The notes: generated from the letters alone by a model not told the origin. DNA of 64,000 nucleotides from Alphaproteobacteria bacterium (GCA_965204785.1 OZ242015.1:1942538-2006537), one strand, 5' to 3'. Positions 28,453-38,764 are shown, numbered from the stretch's first letter. Program-made: numbers and translations.

Positions 28453-29673
28453 TCATGCCTGGGCGACACCCCAGATTTCGACCGTGTTTTCGACCGAATG
28501 CATCTGCGGCTTGGCAACCAGCGTCGTGGGCGGCAGCGCGCCGCCGATGCAGCCGGCGACGGTGTCGAGAAACGTGCGGGTCGTGCGTTCGCCGTCCGGG
28601 CAGGTGAAGTAGCAGACCATCAGCTTCAGGTCGGCGGGCGTCCGGTTGAAGCCGCGCATGATGTCTTCGACATAGGACATCGTCATGCGCGTCTGGCCGA
28701 CCAGATCGCCCGGCAGCATGCGCGCGCGCGTGTTGGAAAACGGCTCGGACGGCACCTGACCGCCCAGCCAGATCATGTCGCGCAGCAGGATGCCCTGACG
28801 GTAGGGCAGCGGAATCGACCAGTCCCAGACGCGCTTGGGCCAGGAATCGCCGCGCGGAATGTATTTGTCGAAACCGTTCCATTCCTCGCGCATCGCCATC
28901 ACCTCGATCTTGGTCACCGCCCCTTCCGGGTCCAGACGCTGGCAGGGCACGACGGTGGCCGGCGGGCCGGGCTCCGCGAAATGGCTGGCGCGCGCCTGGG
29001 CAAGCGGCGCCCAGTGGTCATGGGTTGCGCCGAAGTAGTAACCCTCCATCTTCACGCTATCCTGGGTCGTCGCCCCGAGTTGGGCGAGCGTTTCCTCGTG
29101 GTAACCCATAATCGTGTGGCTCTGCGCGACGCCGTCGCCGGGATCGGCGATGTTGCCGTCGGCATCCTCTGCCGTGCGGCTCGCCACGGCGATGAATTCG
29201 CCGGCGCGCAGGCCGCCCGTCACCGCGCGCCCGTCGAACAGGTCGCGCCTGGCCGGGGGCACAGGGCACGTCGCCACCCGGTTGTCGCTGCCCTGGCGCC
29301 AGCGGCGCTGGGCAATCGCCTGAATCTGGATCACCTGCCCTTCGAAGGGCTGCAGGGGTTCGGGCACGACGCTGATTACAGGCATCGGCTCATCGGGAAA
29401 GTGCCGGGCGATGCGGGCAATGATTTCCCAGTTGTCCCGATCGGTCGTGTGGAACGCCTTCAGGCGCACGACATCGGCCAGCGAACAGCTTTCGGCCACC
29501 AGACCCTCGGAGATGTTCGCGACCGACCCCTCGACCTGAGCGTCGAGATCGCCGGGATTGCGGATCGCCCCCGCGCTGTCGAAATCTCCGCCGCCTCCGA
29601 CAAAGGTCAGCGGTCCCGCCGTACCGGAAATGTGATGCACATGCCCGATTGGCCAGCGCCAGGTGTCGTTCAT
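28453..29673 (-). CDS. RidA/YjgF-family protein with two tandem RidA-like domains.
   Basis: 'GTAGPLTFVGGGGDFD...SLADVVRLKAFHTT' and a second 'GILLRDMIWLGGQVP...' domain. The long + strand ORF opposite is Arg-rich antisense. Confidence 0.6.
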   Translation of the reverse strand: MNDTWRWPIGHVHHISGTAGPLTFVGGGGDFDSAGAIRNPGDLDAQVEGSVANISEGLVAESCSLADVVRLKAFHTTDRDNWEIIARIARHFPDEPMPVISVVPEPLQPFEGQVIQIQAIAQRRWRQGSDNRVATCPVPPARRDLFDGRAVTGGLRAGEFIAVASRTAEDADGNIADPGDGVAQSHTIMGYHEETLAQLGATTQDSVKMEGYYFGATHDHWAPLAQARASHFAEPGPPATVVPCQRLDPEGAVTKIEVMAMREEWNGFDKYIPRGDSWPKRVWDWSIPLPYRQGILLRDMIWLGGQVPSEPFSNTRARMLPGDLVGQTRMTMSYVEDIMRGFNRTPADLKLMVCYFTCPDGERTTRTFLDTVAGCIGGALPPTTLVAKPQMHSVENTVEIWGVAQA

Positions 29674-29923
29674 GGATGATCTCCCACAATTGGTCGCCGA
29701 GAGATTAACGGTCCATCGAGGCGCGCGCTACACCGCCATTGTTTCGCCGCCGCCGGGATGAGGCACTTGCCATGGGGTATCCGAGGGAGATGAACGGCGC
29801 AGAGCCGCCGGTCGTCCCGATGAACGTGACGACGCGCGACGACATTGTCGACGCGATCCATGCGGAAGCGGCCGGAACGGGCGAATCCTGCGCTTTCCCC
29901 GGTATCGGCCCAGCGCAACATGG

Positions 29924-31576
29924 TCAGGGACGCGATGCGGGGTCCCGGGTCTGGAACGCGAACGAAGCCTCGAAGGGTTCCAGTTGCGACTTGCCCAGGA
30001 TGTAATCGGCCGCGCGCGAGGCAATCATCTGGGTGGGTGCGTTGAGGTTGGCGCTGATCACGCGCGGCATGACCGAGGCGTCGACCACGCGCAGGCTTTC
30101 CATTCCATGGACGCGCAGTTCGGCATCGACCACCGCACCGCCGTCATGGCCCATGCGGCAGGTGCCGCAGGGATGGTAGTCGGTCGACATCGTGGCGCGC
30201 ACCAGTTCCTCGATCTCCTCGTCGGTTCCGGCATCGGCATGCTCGCCCAGTTCCCTGCCGTAGAGGCCTTCGAAGGCGGGCTGGGCGACGAGTTCACGGA
30301 TCTTCTTCACGCCCTCGACCAGTTCCTGGAGGTCGAACGGGTCCGACAGATACTGGAAGAACATCGCGGGTTTGTCGCCGGGGTCGGCGGACTTCAGCGC
30401 GATGTGCCCGCTGCTCCTGGGCCGGAGCTGATCCACTTGAATGGTGAAGGCCTGCAGCAGGGTGATCTTCTGGCCCTGGTAAGCGTAACCCGTGGGTCCG
30501 AAATGGTACTGCAGGTTGGGATAGTCGACCTGATCGTTGCCGCGGATGAGACCTCCGGCTTCCCAGATGTTCGAGGAGGCCGGGCCCGTGCGGTTCGCCA
30601 TCCACAGCATGCCTGCCATCAGCTTGTTGAACGGCTGGTTGACGCGGTGCATGGGAAACGACTTCCTGCAGGTGAACTGCATGTCGACCGAGGCATGGTC
30701 CTGCAGGTTCTGCCCCACGCCCGCCAGGTCGAGCCGCGTTTCAATGCCCATGGCGCGGAGGTGATCGGCGGGCCCGATCCCGGAAAGCATCAATACCTGG
30801 GGCGAGTTGATCGCCCCGCCCGAGAGGATCACCTCCTTCTCCGCTTCGACCGTATGGCGTTCACCGCGATGCTCGAAGACGATGCCCGAGGCGCGATTGC
30901 CGTCGACCACGACGTTCCGGACCATCGCGCCGGTCATGAGCGTCAGGTTGTCGCGCGACAAGGCGGGTTTGAGGTGGGCGACGGCGGCACTGCAGCGTCT
31001 GCCGTTCCTTTTGGTCGCATCCAGCCGTGTGACGCCTTCGGGCTGGTAGCCGTTGGGATCGTCCGTGCGCCCCTGGCCCGCCTGTTCGCCGGCTTCCAGA
31101 AAGGCGTCGTAAAGGGGGTTCTCGTAGCAGCCCCTGGTCACGCCCAGAGGGCCGTCGCCGCCGCGCCAGTCGTTGGGGCCACGATCGCTCGTTTCGCCAG
31201 CCTTGAAATAGGGCAGGCAGTTGGCGTAGCGCCAGTCGGTCAGGCCAAGCTCGTCGGCCCAACGGTCGTAATCCTGGGGTTGGCCGCGCATGTAGACCAT
31301 GGAGTTGATCGAGGACGATCCACCCACGACCTTACCGCGCGGCATGCCGACCTGACGGCCATGGAGTTCGCCCTCGGCCTCGGTCTCGTAATTCCAGTTG
31401 ATGCGCGGATTCTTGTGGGCGTGATAGACGCCGGCGGGCATATGGATCATGAGATGGCGATCCATCGGCCCGGCTTCGAGGATCAGAACCGAATTCCTAC
31501 CGTCGGCCGTCAGCCTGCCGGCAAGCACGCAGCCCGCCGAACCCGCCCCGACGATGACGTAATCGTACCGCTTCAC
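29924..31576 (-). CDS. GMC-family oxidoreductase, choline-dehydrogenase (BetA)-like.
   Basis: 'YDYVIVGAGSAGCVLAGRL' FAD fold, 'GGSSSINSMVYMRG'; C-terminal GMC active site 'HPCGTCRMG'. Confidence 0.85.
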   Translation of the reverse strand: MKRYDYVIVGAGSAGCVLAGRLTADGRNSVLILEAGPMDRHLMIHMPAGVYHAHKNPRINWNYETEAEGELHGRQVGMPRGKVVGGSSSINSMVYMRGQPQDYDRWADELGLTDWRYANCLPYFKAGETSDRGPNDWRGGDGPLGVTRGCYENPLYDAFLEAGEQAGQGRTDDPNGYQPEGVTRLDATKRNGRRCSAAVAHLKPALSRDNLTLMTGAMVRNVVVDGNRASGIVFEHRGERHTVEAEKEVILSGGAINSPQVLMLSGIGPADHLRAMGIETRLDLAGVGQNLQDHASVDMQFTCRKSFPMHRVNQPFNKLMAGMLWMANRTGPASSNIWEAGGLIRGNDQVDYPNLQYHFGPTGYAYQGQKITLLQAFTIQVDQLRPRSSGHIALKSADPGDKPAMFFQYLSDPFDLQELVEGVKKIRELVAQPAFEGLYGRELGEHADAGTDEEIEELVRATMSTDYHPCGTCRMGHDGGAVVDAELRVHGMESLRVVDASVMPRVISANLNAPTQMIASRAADYILGKSQLEPFEASFAFQTRDPASRP

Positions 31577-32691
31577 TGGCGCATGCCCTGCCGGTCAGCC
31601 CCGGGATCAGGCAAGCCAGAGCCACTCGGCGGCCTCTGCATGTAGCGGGAGTCACGGAACGCCGGCATGACTTCGTTGATGAAGAGGCGCAGCGACTCTT
31701 TCTGGTCCTTCCAGTCGAGCCCCGTGCAGCAGCGGTAGAGGAAGTTGTCGACGCCCAGCGCTTCATAGGGGCGCAACTTCCCGATCACCTCGTCGGGCGT
31801 GCCGAACACCAGGTTGTCGCGCAGCATCCTGGGATCGTATTCGGAGCGGTTTTCCAGCTCGTTCGATTCGGGGACCTCCACGAAACCGTTCCTGATCTCG
31901 CCAAGCTGCTTGAACAAGCTCTCGAACTGCAGGCCCGAGCGCTGCATGGCGTCGGTGAACGGCTTCCAGCCTTCCTCGGCATCGGCATAAACGGCGCTGT
32001 GACGCATGGTCAGGAAGCGCGGACGCTCCATGCCGGGCGAACGCTTCAGCGCCTCATCGAACTGTTCCTTGTATTTCACGACCTCGCTGAACGGACGGGT
32101 CAGCGCCCAGGACATGATGTTGCAGCCGTGCCTGAGCGCCCAGTCATAGGTCGAGGGATGGCGTGCCGCGACCCACAGCGGAGGATGCGGCTTCTGCAGC
32201 GGCTTCGGGCAGGCGGTCGAAGCGGGAAACTGCCAGAACTCACCGTCGTGTTCGTAGTCTCCCGCCCAGAGACCTTTGAGCACCGGCAGCATTTCCTGCA
32301 TGTAGGCAACGCCCTTGTGCTGGTCCATGCCGCCCATCATGCGGTCGAATTCGCGCTGATAGGCGCCGCGCCCGAGGCCCAGTTCGACACGTCCGCCCGA
32401 CATCAGGTCCAGCAGACCGGTCTCGCCCGCGACCTTGATGGGGTGCCAGTAGGGCGCCTGCACCACGGCGACGCCCAGGCGGATGTTGTCGGTGTTGCCG
32501 CCGAACCAGGCCAGAAGCTGGAACGGATTGGGCGCGATGGTCATTTCGATGGCGTGATGTTCGGCCGCCCAGACCATTTCGAAGCCGCCCTCGTCGGCCA
32601 TCTGCACCAGTTCCATGGTGTTGCGCGCGACTTCGCGCATGTCGATGGACGGATCGGCGCGCGTCAGGTCGATGGAAAGACTGAACTTCAT
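31573..32691 (-). CDS. LLM-class (luciferase-like) flavin-dependent monooxygenase.
   Basis: 'MKFSLSIDLTR...GFEMVWAAEHH...LGLGRGAYQREF'. Confidence 0.8.
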   Translation of the reverse strand: MKFSLSIDLTRADPSIDMREVARNTMELVQMADEGGFEMVWAAEHHAIEMTIAPNPFQLLAWFGGNTDNIRLGVAVVQAPYWHPIKVAGETGLLDLMSGGRVELGLGRGAYQREFDRMMGGMDQHKGVAYMQEMLPVLKGLWAGDYEHDGEFWQFPASTACPKPLQKPHPPLWVAARHPSTYDWALRHGCNIMSWALTRPFSEVVKYKEQFDEALKRSPGMERPRFLTMRHSAVYADAEEGWKPFTDAMQRSGLQFESLFKQLGEIRNGFVEVPESNELENRSEYDPRMLRDNLVFGTPDEVIGKLRPYEALGVDNFLYRCCTGLDWKDQKESLRLFINEVMPAFRDSRYMQRPPSGSGLPDPGADRQGMRQ

Positions 32692-32859
32692 CGGGAATCT
32701 CCAGGGAATGCCACGTCGGCCTATTAGCTGCCTGGCGGCGCGCACCGTAAAGCCGAAAAATTCTCACCCTCACGTAACAATCACATCACGCGAAACGGGA
32801 ACGGCCCCGCCGGATCGTCCCGGCGGGACCGTTCGATACGCCGTGTTGCCGATGTCCTT

Positions 32860-33732
32860 CTAGTTCAGGCCCAGCTTTTCGCGGGCTTCATCGGGGCCGA
32901 CCACGCGGCCGCCCATGCGCTCGATGATCTGGATCGCACGCTCGACCAGATCGCCGTTCGTGGCCAGCACGCCGCGATCGAGGTAGATGTTGTCTTCCAG
33001 ACCGACGCGGACGTTGCCGCCCAACAGCATGGCCTGGGCGACCATCGGCATCTGCATGCGGCTGATGCCGAATCCGGCCCAGTTGGCATCCCGGGGCAGG
33101 CCATCGGCCATCGCCATCATGGAGCGGGTATCGGCGCCGGCCCCCCAGGGAATGCCCAGGCAGACTTGGAACAGCGCCGGGTCTTCCAGCAGGCCTTCGT
33201 CGTACATGGCGCTCGCCAGACGCACCTGGCCCAGATCGAACACCTCGATCTCGGGCTTCACGCCCAGGTCCTTGATCTCGGCAGCCATCGCGCGGCACCA
33301 GGATGCGGGATTGATGTAGGTCTCGTTGCCGTTGCCGAAGTTGATCGAACCGCAGTCGAGCGTGCAGATCTCCGGCTCGATGCGGCGCACGTGCTCCAGC
33401 CGCTCCTTGGGCCCGATCAGGTCGCTGCCCGGTCCGGCCGTGCCGTCGTCAGCGGGGTTGAAGTCGCCGCCCATTCCCGCGGTCAGGTTCAGGACCACAT
33501 TCACGCCGTCCTGCCTGATCAGGTTGACGGTCTCTTCGAACAGGTCGGGATCGCGCGAACCCTTGCCGGTTTCGGGATCGCGCACGTGGATGTGGGTGAT
33601 GGCCGCGCCCGCATGGGCCGCCTCGATGGCGGCCCCGGCGATCTGGCGGGGTGTCACGGGCACCTTGTCGCTTTTTCCCGTGGTGTCGCCCGCGCCGGTC
33701 ACGGCGCAACTGATGATGACGTCGGTATTCAT
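32860..33732 (-). CDS. BKACE-family (3-keto-5-aminohexanoate cleavage enzyme, DUF849) beta-keto-acid cleavage enzyme, dehydrocarnitine-cleavage type.
   Basis: '[13 protein letters not shown]...[32 protein letters not shown]' is the BKACE TIM-barrel signature. GGAGAA RBS. Confidence 0.8.
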   Translation of the reverse strand: MNTDVIISCAVTGAGDTTGKSDKVPVTPRQIAGAAIEAAHAGAAITHIHVRDPETGKGSRDPDLFEETVNLIRQDGVNVVLNLTAGMGGDFNPADDGTAGPGSDLIGPKERLEHVRRIEPEICTLDCGSINFGNGNETYINPASWCRAMAAEIKDLGVKPEIEVFDLGQVRLASAMYDEGLLEDPALFQVCLGIPWGAGADTRSMMAMADGLPRDANWAGFGISRMQMPMVAQAMLLGGNVRVGLEDNIYLDRGVLATNGDLVERAIQIIERMGGRVVGPDEAREKLGLN

Positions 33733-33769
33733 GGGGTCGTTCTCCGTAAAGAGCGTTCGGGTTGTGGGA

Positions 33770-34303
33770 TCAGGAAAATTCCCGGGCAATGTAGCGTCTG
33801 GCGAGCGGTAGCAACTGCGCCTGGGTCCAGGCGGTCACCGTCCTGTCGTGATCGGTCCAGGTGCGCGGCGCCGCCATGGTGCAGGGCTCCAGGATACCAT
33901 GGAGCTTGCCGTCCTCCAGCAGCGGCGCGTGGATCAATGCCAGATGCCTGAAGTTCTCAACCTCGAAGGGACCGTTCAGCACCTCGGGCGGCGCGTTCAG
34001 AACGTCGTCGATATAGAGCGCTTCGGGATTGACCATGGCCTCGGCGAACATGGGATCCTGCCCGGGCAGGTCGTCGGACATGACTTCCCAGGTTTTCATG
34101 TCATGCTCCATCGCCCATTCCGGCCTAGCCTGCCAAGCAGCGACACAACGCGACATCTTTTTCTCAGACTCATAGAGGAACAGCAGGCAACGGTCCGCAC
34201 TGACCGCCCCGCCATAGACGGGCATCAGCTTCTCGAACAGCGCCTCAGGATCGGACGTGTCCTCAAAAACCGCTTTCAGATCGGCAGGGATGGCGTCACT
34301 CAT
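33770..34303 (-). CDS. Hypothetical protein, GAF-domain-like.
   Basis: Fold-level resemblance only. Confidence 0.4.
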   Translation of the reverse strand: MSDAIPADLKAVFEDTSDPEALFEKLMPVYGGAVSADRCLLFLYESEKKMSRCVAAWQARPEWAMEHDMKTWEVMSDDLPGQDPMFAEAMVNPEALYIDDVLNAPPEVLNGPFEVENFRHLALIHAPLLEDGKLHGILEPCTMAAPRTWTDHDRTVTAWTQAQLLPLARRYIAREFS

Positions 34304-34726
34304 CGCTCTCTCCTCAGTCCGCCGCGCTTGTCGCCGGAACTTGGTCGGACGTCAAGAGTTGTCCCCGACCAGCGCGCGGGATCCTGGCGCGCGCCGGAAA
34401 GGCCGCCGGCTCTCCGTCCGGCTTCCTGTCGGTCCCGCTGACCGCCGGGGCCGAAAACGAACGCCCGTGCCGGAGACCCTGCGTCTCTGCACCGTCTTTT
34501 CGCTGATGAGTGCTACACTGTATTGTGTTAATCCGCACTGACCCGATTTAATCCGGACTCGACCGTCTGCCGATCCGAGTTTTTCCGACGCTGGTAGCGT
34601 TGCAACGCGAGGCCGATCCGCTTTATCCCAAATCCGACACGCGATCCGGGCGCCGCCGATCTTCGCGGACTGTTCGACGCGGCGGATCGCGTGTCGATGC
34701 CGGCGTCTGGTATGTCGGGAAGCGCA

Positions 34727-34948
34727 CTAACGGCCATGCGCCGCGTCGTGGCACGGCCGACACAGCACGATCAGGTTGTCGATATCGAAGGGTGCGCCGC
34801 CGGCGGCCAACGGCGTCTTGTGGTGGGCGGTGAGTTTGCCGGCCCGGTCGCAGCGTTCACACTGCCGCCCGGCGCGCTTGATGGCGCGGCGACGGGCGCG
34901 CCTGTAGCGGCGGTCCCGATAGATGTTTATGGTGCGCTTGGAGCGCAT
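34727..34948 (-). CDS. HNH endonuclease (73 aa).
   Basis: 'CERCDRAGKLTAHHKTPLAAGG...NLIVLCRPCHDAAH' gives the Cys4 Zn finger plus HNH catalytic His/Asn. Confidence 0.8.
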   Translation of the reverse strand: MRSKRTINIYRDRRYRRARRRAIKRAGRQCERCDRAGKLTAHHKTPLAAGGAPFDIDNLIVLCRPCHDAAHGR

Positions 34949-34958
34949 GGAACGGTGC

Positions 34959-34995
34959 GAGAAAAAGACGGGCGGCGCCCCGAAAGGCGCCGCCC
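34959..34995 (-). terminator. Rho-independent terminator on the minus strand: GGGCGGCGCC-cuuucg-GGCGCCGCCC, then GUCUUUUUCUC. It ends immediately 5' of the HNH start codon.
   Basis: 10-bp GC stem plus U-tract, read directly. Confidence 0.65.
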
Positions 34996-35366
34996 ATGTG
35001 CGAGTGCCTATGCCTCGCCGTCCCGCCGCGCCATTGAGCGCGCCGAGCGGCGTGACAGATAGTCGCCCACCTTGAAGGCATGTTGTGTGCCGGCCTTCGC
35101 CAGCATCAGGACGCCGGCCAGCTTGTCGTAGTCGTCCTTGCCTATCGGCTCGGAGAAGCTGGCATTGTCAATCGGGCACTCCGATGATCGCGCCGATGGT
35201 CCGCGTTTGGCAGGTCATGTCGATCACCCGGAGCATGTCGCCGGCCGACGGCGTGCGGCAGAAGTCCGCTGGGCCTTCCGGCGTGCGTGGCATGGTGTAG
35301 AGTATCATCGTCGTCTCTCCTAAGTGGTTTTAGGGGTTGCGATATGAGGGCGGCGGGATGTTTCGC

Positions 35367-37451
35367 TCATCCTGCCGCCCTCGCCTTTCCGAGGATCAGA
35401 TCGGCGTGCCGCCGCCATTCCTCCCTCGAAATCTCGTCGTCTTCGGCCTGCCTGGCGCGGCGCTCGGCCGGCGTGAACTCGAAGGCGGCCGCCACGGCCG
35501 CCATGTCGTCGCTGGGCTGGATCGGCCGCACGGCGTTCGCCGGCACCTGGGCATCCGCGGCGCTCGCGGCGGTCCTCGCCAGGGCCTCGCGAAGGTCCAC
35601 CGCATCGGTGTCGGCCCGCAGGGACCTGATGCCCGCGCGGGCCGTTGCGCGGCGCCGTGCGGCCTCCCGCGCACCCTCGGGATCAAGCGCGTCATAGGGC
35701 CGGTCCTCGGCCACCATGCAAAGCAGACGCCCGGCGGCGTCCATGACGGGGATCTCCGGAAGGTCGCCCCAGATCGGTACGCGCAGGTGAAGATACGACC
35801 CGGCCGGGAGCGCCTGTATCTCGGGCGCGGTATAGCGCCGGCCGTCATAGGAGAACCCGCCCTGGTGCACGGTGCGGGACTTGTCGCGGGCGAAGGCGGC
35901 CAGCAGGGCACCGCGCGTCACGTCCATGCGCCGCCAGCCGGCCGCCACCGCATCGGCGTATGCCTGGCGCGGCGAGCGGCCCTCCAGGGCGCCCGATTGC
36001 GGGTGCGTCTCGTAGGCGGCAACCGCGTTCGCGAGGTCCGCCAGGAACGCCGCCCTGCCATGCGGATAGGGCGCCGGCTCGCGGCCCACGTTGGCGGTCT
36101 TCTTGGTCATGCGGTCGCCGCCGATCCAGCCCGGAAGCATTGAGAAGACGCCCCGTTCAAGGACGCTGAACAACCCTTCAACCGCCTTTGCAGGGGCGTT
36201 GTAGGGCTGTGCCCTCACGATGGCGCCGCGGTGCGCCGTCAGCTCGTGGTGAACCGCCGGATCGTCCGACAGCAGGCGCGTCTCCGTGGCGAGCTGCAGC
36301 GCCCCGGACAACAGCTCCATGTGGCCGTACTCGTTGCCGTGGTCGAGGTAGAGCGTCTGGGGCAGGCCCCATTCGGGGTCCAGCGTCATCGCGATAAACG
36401 CCTCGGCAACATGCTCCTGGCGCACGTCCCGGCCCTTCTCCGGGAACACCGGATGAATGAAGACGCGATTGGCCGCCCAGTCCTGGAAGCAGACCAGGCG
36501 GGCCGTGAACGTGCCGCCATCGGCGCGCGGCAACAGCACGTCCATCGGATGCACGTCGCAGACGACGATCTCCATGGGAAGACGGCTGGCGCGGGTGCGC
36601 CGGATGCGCGGCATGTGCTTGTCGTGCCATTGCTTGGCGTCCTGGTCGTGGATCGCGACGGCGCGCCAGGCGCGGCCGCGCTCGACGAAGCGCTGACCCA
36701 GCTTGCAGATCTCGCGCAGCTCGCGGTCGCTGCCCTCGTAGCCCGCCGCGCGGGTGCGCTCCATAAGCTCGTCGGATGCCAGCCGCGCGATCCAGCGCCA
36801 GCCCGGCTCGGTCGTGGCGGCCCAGAGCGAGCGCACATGGCGATCCATGCCGGTCGCGATCTCCGCCATGGCGGCGGCGTCCAAGTGCGCCGTCATGGCG
36901 GCGTCCCAGGCGGCGCTGACATGGTGGCGGCGGCGGCCCGCGTCCGCTCGCCGCTTGCGGCCCACGGCACCGAGGCCGCCGGCCTCGTGAGCGGCTATCC
37001 ACTCATAGATCGTGCGTCTGGAGACACGGCCGCGCCGCCCGCTCGGGTGGAGGCGGACCTGCCGCGCGGCATCGTCAACGGCCAGGCGGCGCGCGGCGGA
37101 ACCAAGCGGATGTTGCAGGGCCGGGCGGATGATCTCCATGCGCCAGGCAATGACGGAACCCGCCGCCGCAAGGTCCGGCACCGACGGCGCAGCGGATGCC
37201 GGCGCCGGAAGCGCCGGGAGGGCTGCGGGCGAAGCGTCGGGAAGGCTGGACTGGTGGACCTCGAAGGCCCAGCCTGCCTTGCCGCCGGGCGAGGGGACCC
37301 GCCGGGCAAGCAGCGCACGGCCGCGCCAGGGCTTGCCGTCGAGGGCGCGGGAAAGGGCCTTGCGGGCATTTCGATGTGATATTCCGACAGCAGCGGCGAA
37401 GGCCGCCACAGGGAGCCAGCCTTCCACTCTTATGCCGCCGCGCAGCACCAT
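35367..37451 (-). CDS. Mu-type DDE transposase (MuA/TnsB-like: N-terminal winged-helix DNA binding, rve catalytic core, Mu-transposase C-terminal domain).
   Basis: DDE residues in 'VVCDVHPMDVL', 'YLDHGNEYG', 'AVEGLFSVLER'. C-terminal 'VHQGGFSYDGRRYTAPEIQALPAGSYLHLRVP' is the Mu_transposase_C beta-barrel. Confidence 0.8.
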   Translation of the reverse strand: MVLRGGIRVEGWLPVAAFAAAVGISHRNARKALSRALDGKPWRGRALLARRVPSPGGKAGWAFEVHQSSLPDASPAALPALPAPASAAPSVPDLAAAGSVIAWRMEIIRPALQHPLGSAARRLAVDDAARQVRLHPSGRRGRVSRRTIYEWIAAHEAGGLGAVGRKRRADAGRRRHHVSAAWDAAMTAHLDAAAMAEIATGMDRHVRSLWAATTEPGWRWIARLASDELMERTRAAGYEGSDRELREICKLGQRFVERGRAWRAVAIHDQDAKQWHDKHMPRIRRTRASRLPMEIVVCDVHPMDVLLPRADGGTFTARLVCFQDWAANRVFIHPVFPEKGRDVRQEHVAEAFIAMTLDPEWGLPQTLYLDHGNEYGHMELLSGALQLATETRLLSDDPAVHHELTAHRGAIVRAQPYNAPAKAVEGLFSVLERGVFSMLPGWIGGDRMTKKTANVGREPAPYPHGRAAFLADLANAVAAYETHPQSGALEGRSPRQAYADAVAAGWRRMDVTRGALLAAFARDKSRTVHQGGFSYDGRRYTAPEIQALPAGSYLHLRVPIWGDLPEIPVMDAAGRLLCMVAEDRPYDALDPEGAREAARRRATARAGIRSLRADTDAVDLREALARTAASAADAQVPANAVRPIQPSDDMAAVAAAFEFTPAERRARQAEDDEISREEWRRHADLILGKARAAG

Positions 37452-38097
37452 CTACAATCTGAGCCAGGAGACGCGCGAGGATCTGGACTTTCGTATCGTA
37501 GCCAGCGGGTTCGGCCGCTATGCGGACCATGCCGCCTGGCTTGCCGGACGGGGCCAGGCGGTAAGCGTGGCGGCCCTCCAGCGTTACGGCCGGAACTTGC
37601 GAAAGAGGGTCGACGCGGACGCCTCGCTACAGAGTGCAGCGACGGCGGCCGCCATCGCCCGCATCCGTCACAGCGCCGAGATGGCGCGTGCGCTGCGCCA
37701 GGCCTCCGGCGACGATCCCCTGGCCATTTCGGAACAGGCGGCCGAGGTCGTCATAGCACGGATTTACGAGATCGCGACCAGGGAAGACATCGACGCCAAG
37801 ACCCTCCAGGGCATCGTGCGCTCGCTCAACGACAGCCTGCGCGCCGTGGCGGCGATCCGTTCCGAAAAGGACGAAACGGCGCGCCAGCAGGCCCGGCATG
37901 AAGCGGAACGCAGGATGTCGGCTGACGGAAGGAAACACGGTGTCAGTGCCGTGGTCATCGACGCGTTCCGGCACGTCATAGAGGGCGGGCCAGAGCCGGC
38001 CGGCGAGGTCAAGGGCATCAGCGACGAGACTGACGCCGCGATCATGGACGTTCTTGCGCCCAAGCCAGAGCGCGCGCCGCCCGGCACCGCCAGTTGA
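37432..38097 (+). CDS. Mu gp27-like protein (DUF3486; putative small terminase/DNA-binding protein of Mu-like phages). Start overlaps the transposase start divergently.
   Basis: 'STIYNLSQETREDLDFRIVASGFGRYADHAAWLAGRGQAVSVAALQRYGRNLRKRV' matches the DUF3486 N-terminal pattern (from memory). Confidence 0.55.
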   Translation: MPPRSTIYNLSQETREDLDFRIVASGFGRYADHAAWLAGRGQAVSVAALQRYGRNLRKRVDADASLQSAATAAAIARIRHSAEMARALRQASGDDPLAISEQAAEVVIARIYEIATREDIDAKTLQGIVRSLNDSLRAVAAIRSEKDETARQQARHEAERRMSADGRKHGVSAVVIDAFRHVIEGGPEPAGEVKGISDETDAAIMDVLAPKPERAPPGTAS

Positions 38098-38420
38098 CGC
38101 ATCCCCGTTGCAACCTGAAGAAAGGCCGCGCAGCGGTGCCTGTGGCGGCCTGAAAGGGCGGTCGCGACGGCATCTCGTGCGTTGAGGGCGCCACAGGCTG
38201 CCTCTGGTGCGCCTGGTCGAGCTGGCGGACCGTCAACAGGCCGGCCGGGACTCCGAGGCCGCACCAAGCGCGCCCTGGCGGCGCGCTGGAGGGCATGTCG
38301 AGCTGGTGGCGGCCCCGGCCCGCGTCGGACTATCCTGTCTACGACATCCTCCGGGCGCATTCTGACACGTTGAACCGCCGTTGAAGGCGGCATAAACGGG
38401 CCTTTAAAGGGTCTTGCAGT

Positions 38421-38510
38421 GAGGGTCCGCAATAGGTCCTCAACAGGATCCGCAATCGCAAGCGGCCCGCCGTTAAGTGCGTGAATACACGACAAACACG
38501 ATTGCGGACT
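38421..38510. repeat. Three TCCGCAAT-containing sites within 90 bp (two direct, one inverted), resembling transposase/repressor binding sites at the edge of the Mu-like remnant.
   Basis: ggTCCGCAATagg, gaTCCGCAATcgc, and cgATTGCGGActc (inverted). Confidence 0.4.
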
Positions 38511-38764
38511 CACTGACCCACTTCATTTCGGACTGGAAACAGCTATCTGCCGGTTTTTACGCCACTATTCCCATGTGCCATAGATCCTCACTCAGTGCGA
38601 AATAGCGCGGGTCGCTCTAGTGCCTCCAGATACAAAGTGTTCAATTCCTTGTCGGTCGGGCCGAATGGCTGGTCTCTCCATCCTTCGCCGGCTGCCGTGT
38701 CCACACAACGGCGAACCGTCGAAGCAAGGTGAGCTGCTCTTCGTTGATTTCGCCGGCATTGGGC

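Noticed and set aside
28165-29679. 504-aa + strand ORF
   Set aside because: Arg/Ala/Gly-rich antisense translation of the tandem-RidA gene in a 68% GC region; no motifs.
35337-37379. + strand ORFs (268 aa, 382 aa) inside the transposase gene
   Set aside because: Antisense to the MuA-like gene and low-complexity Arg-rich.
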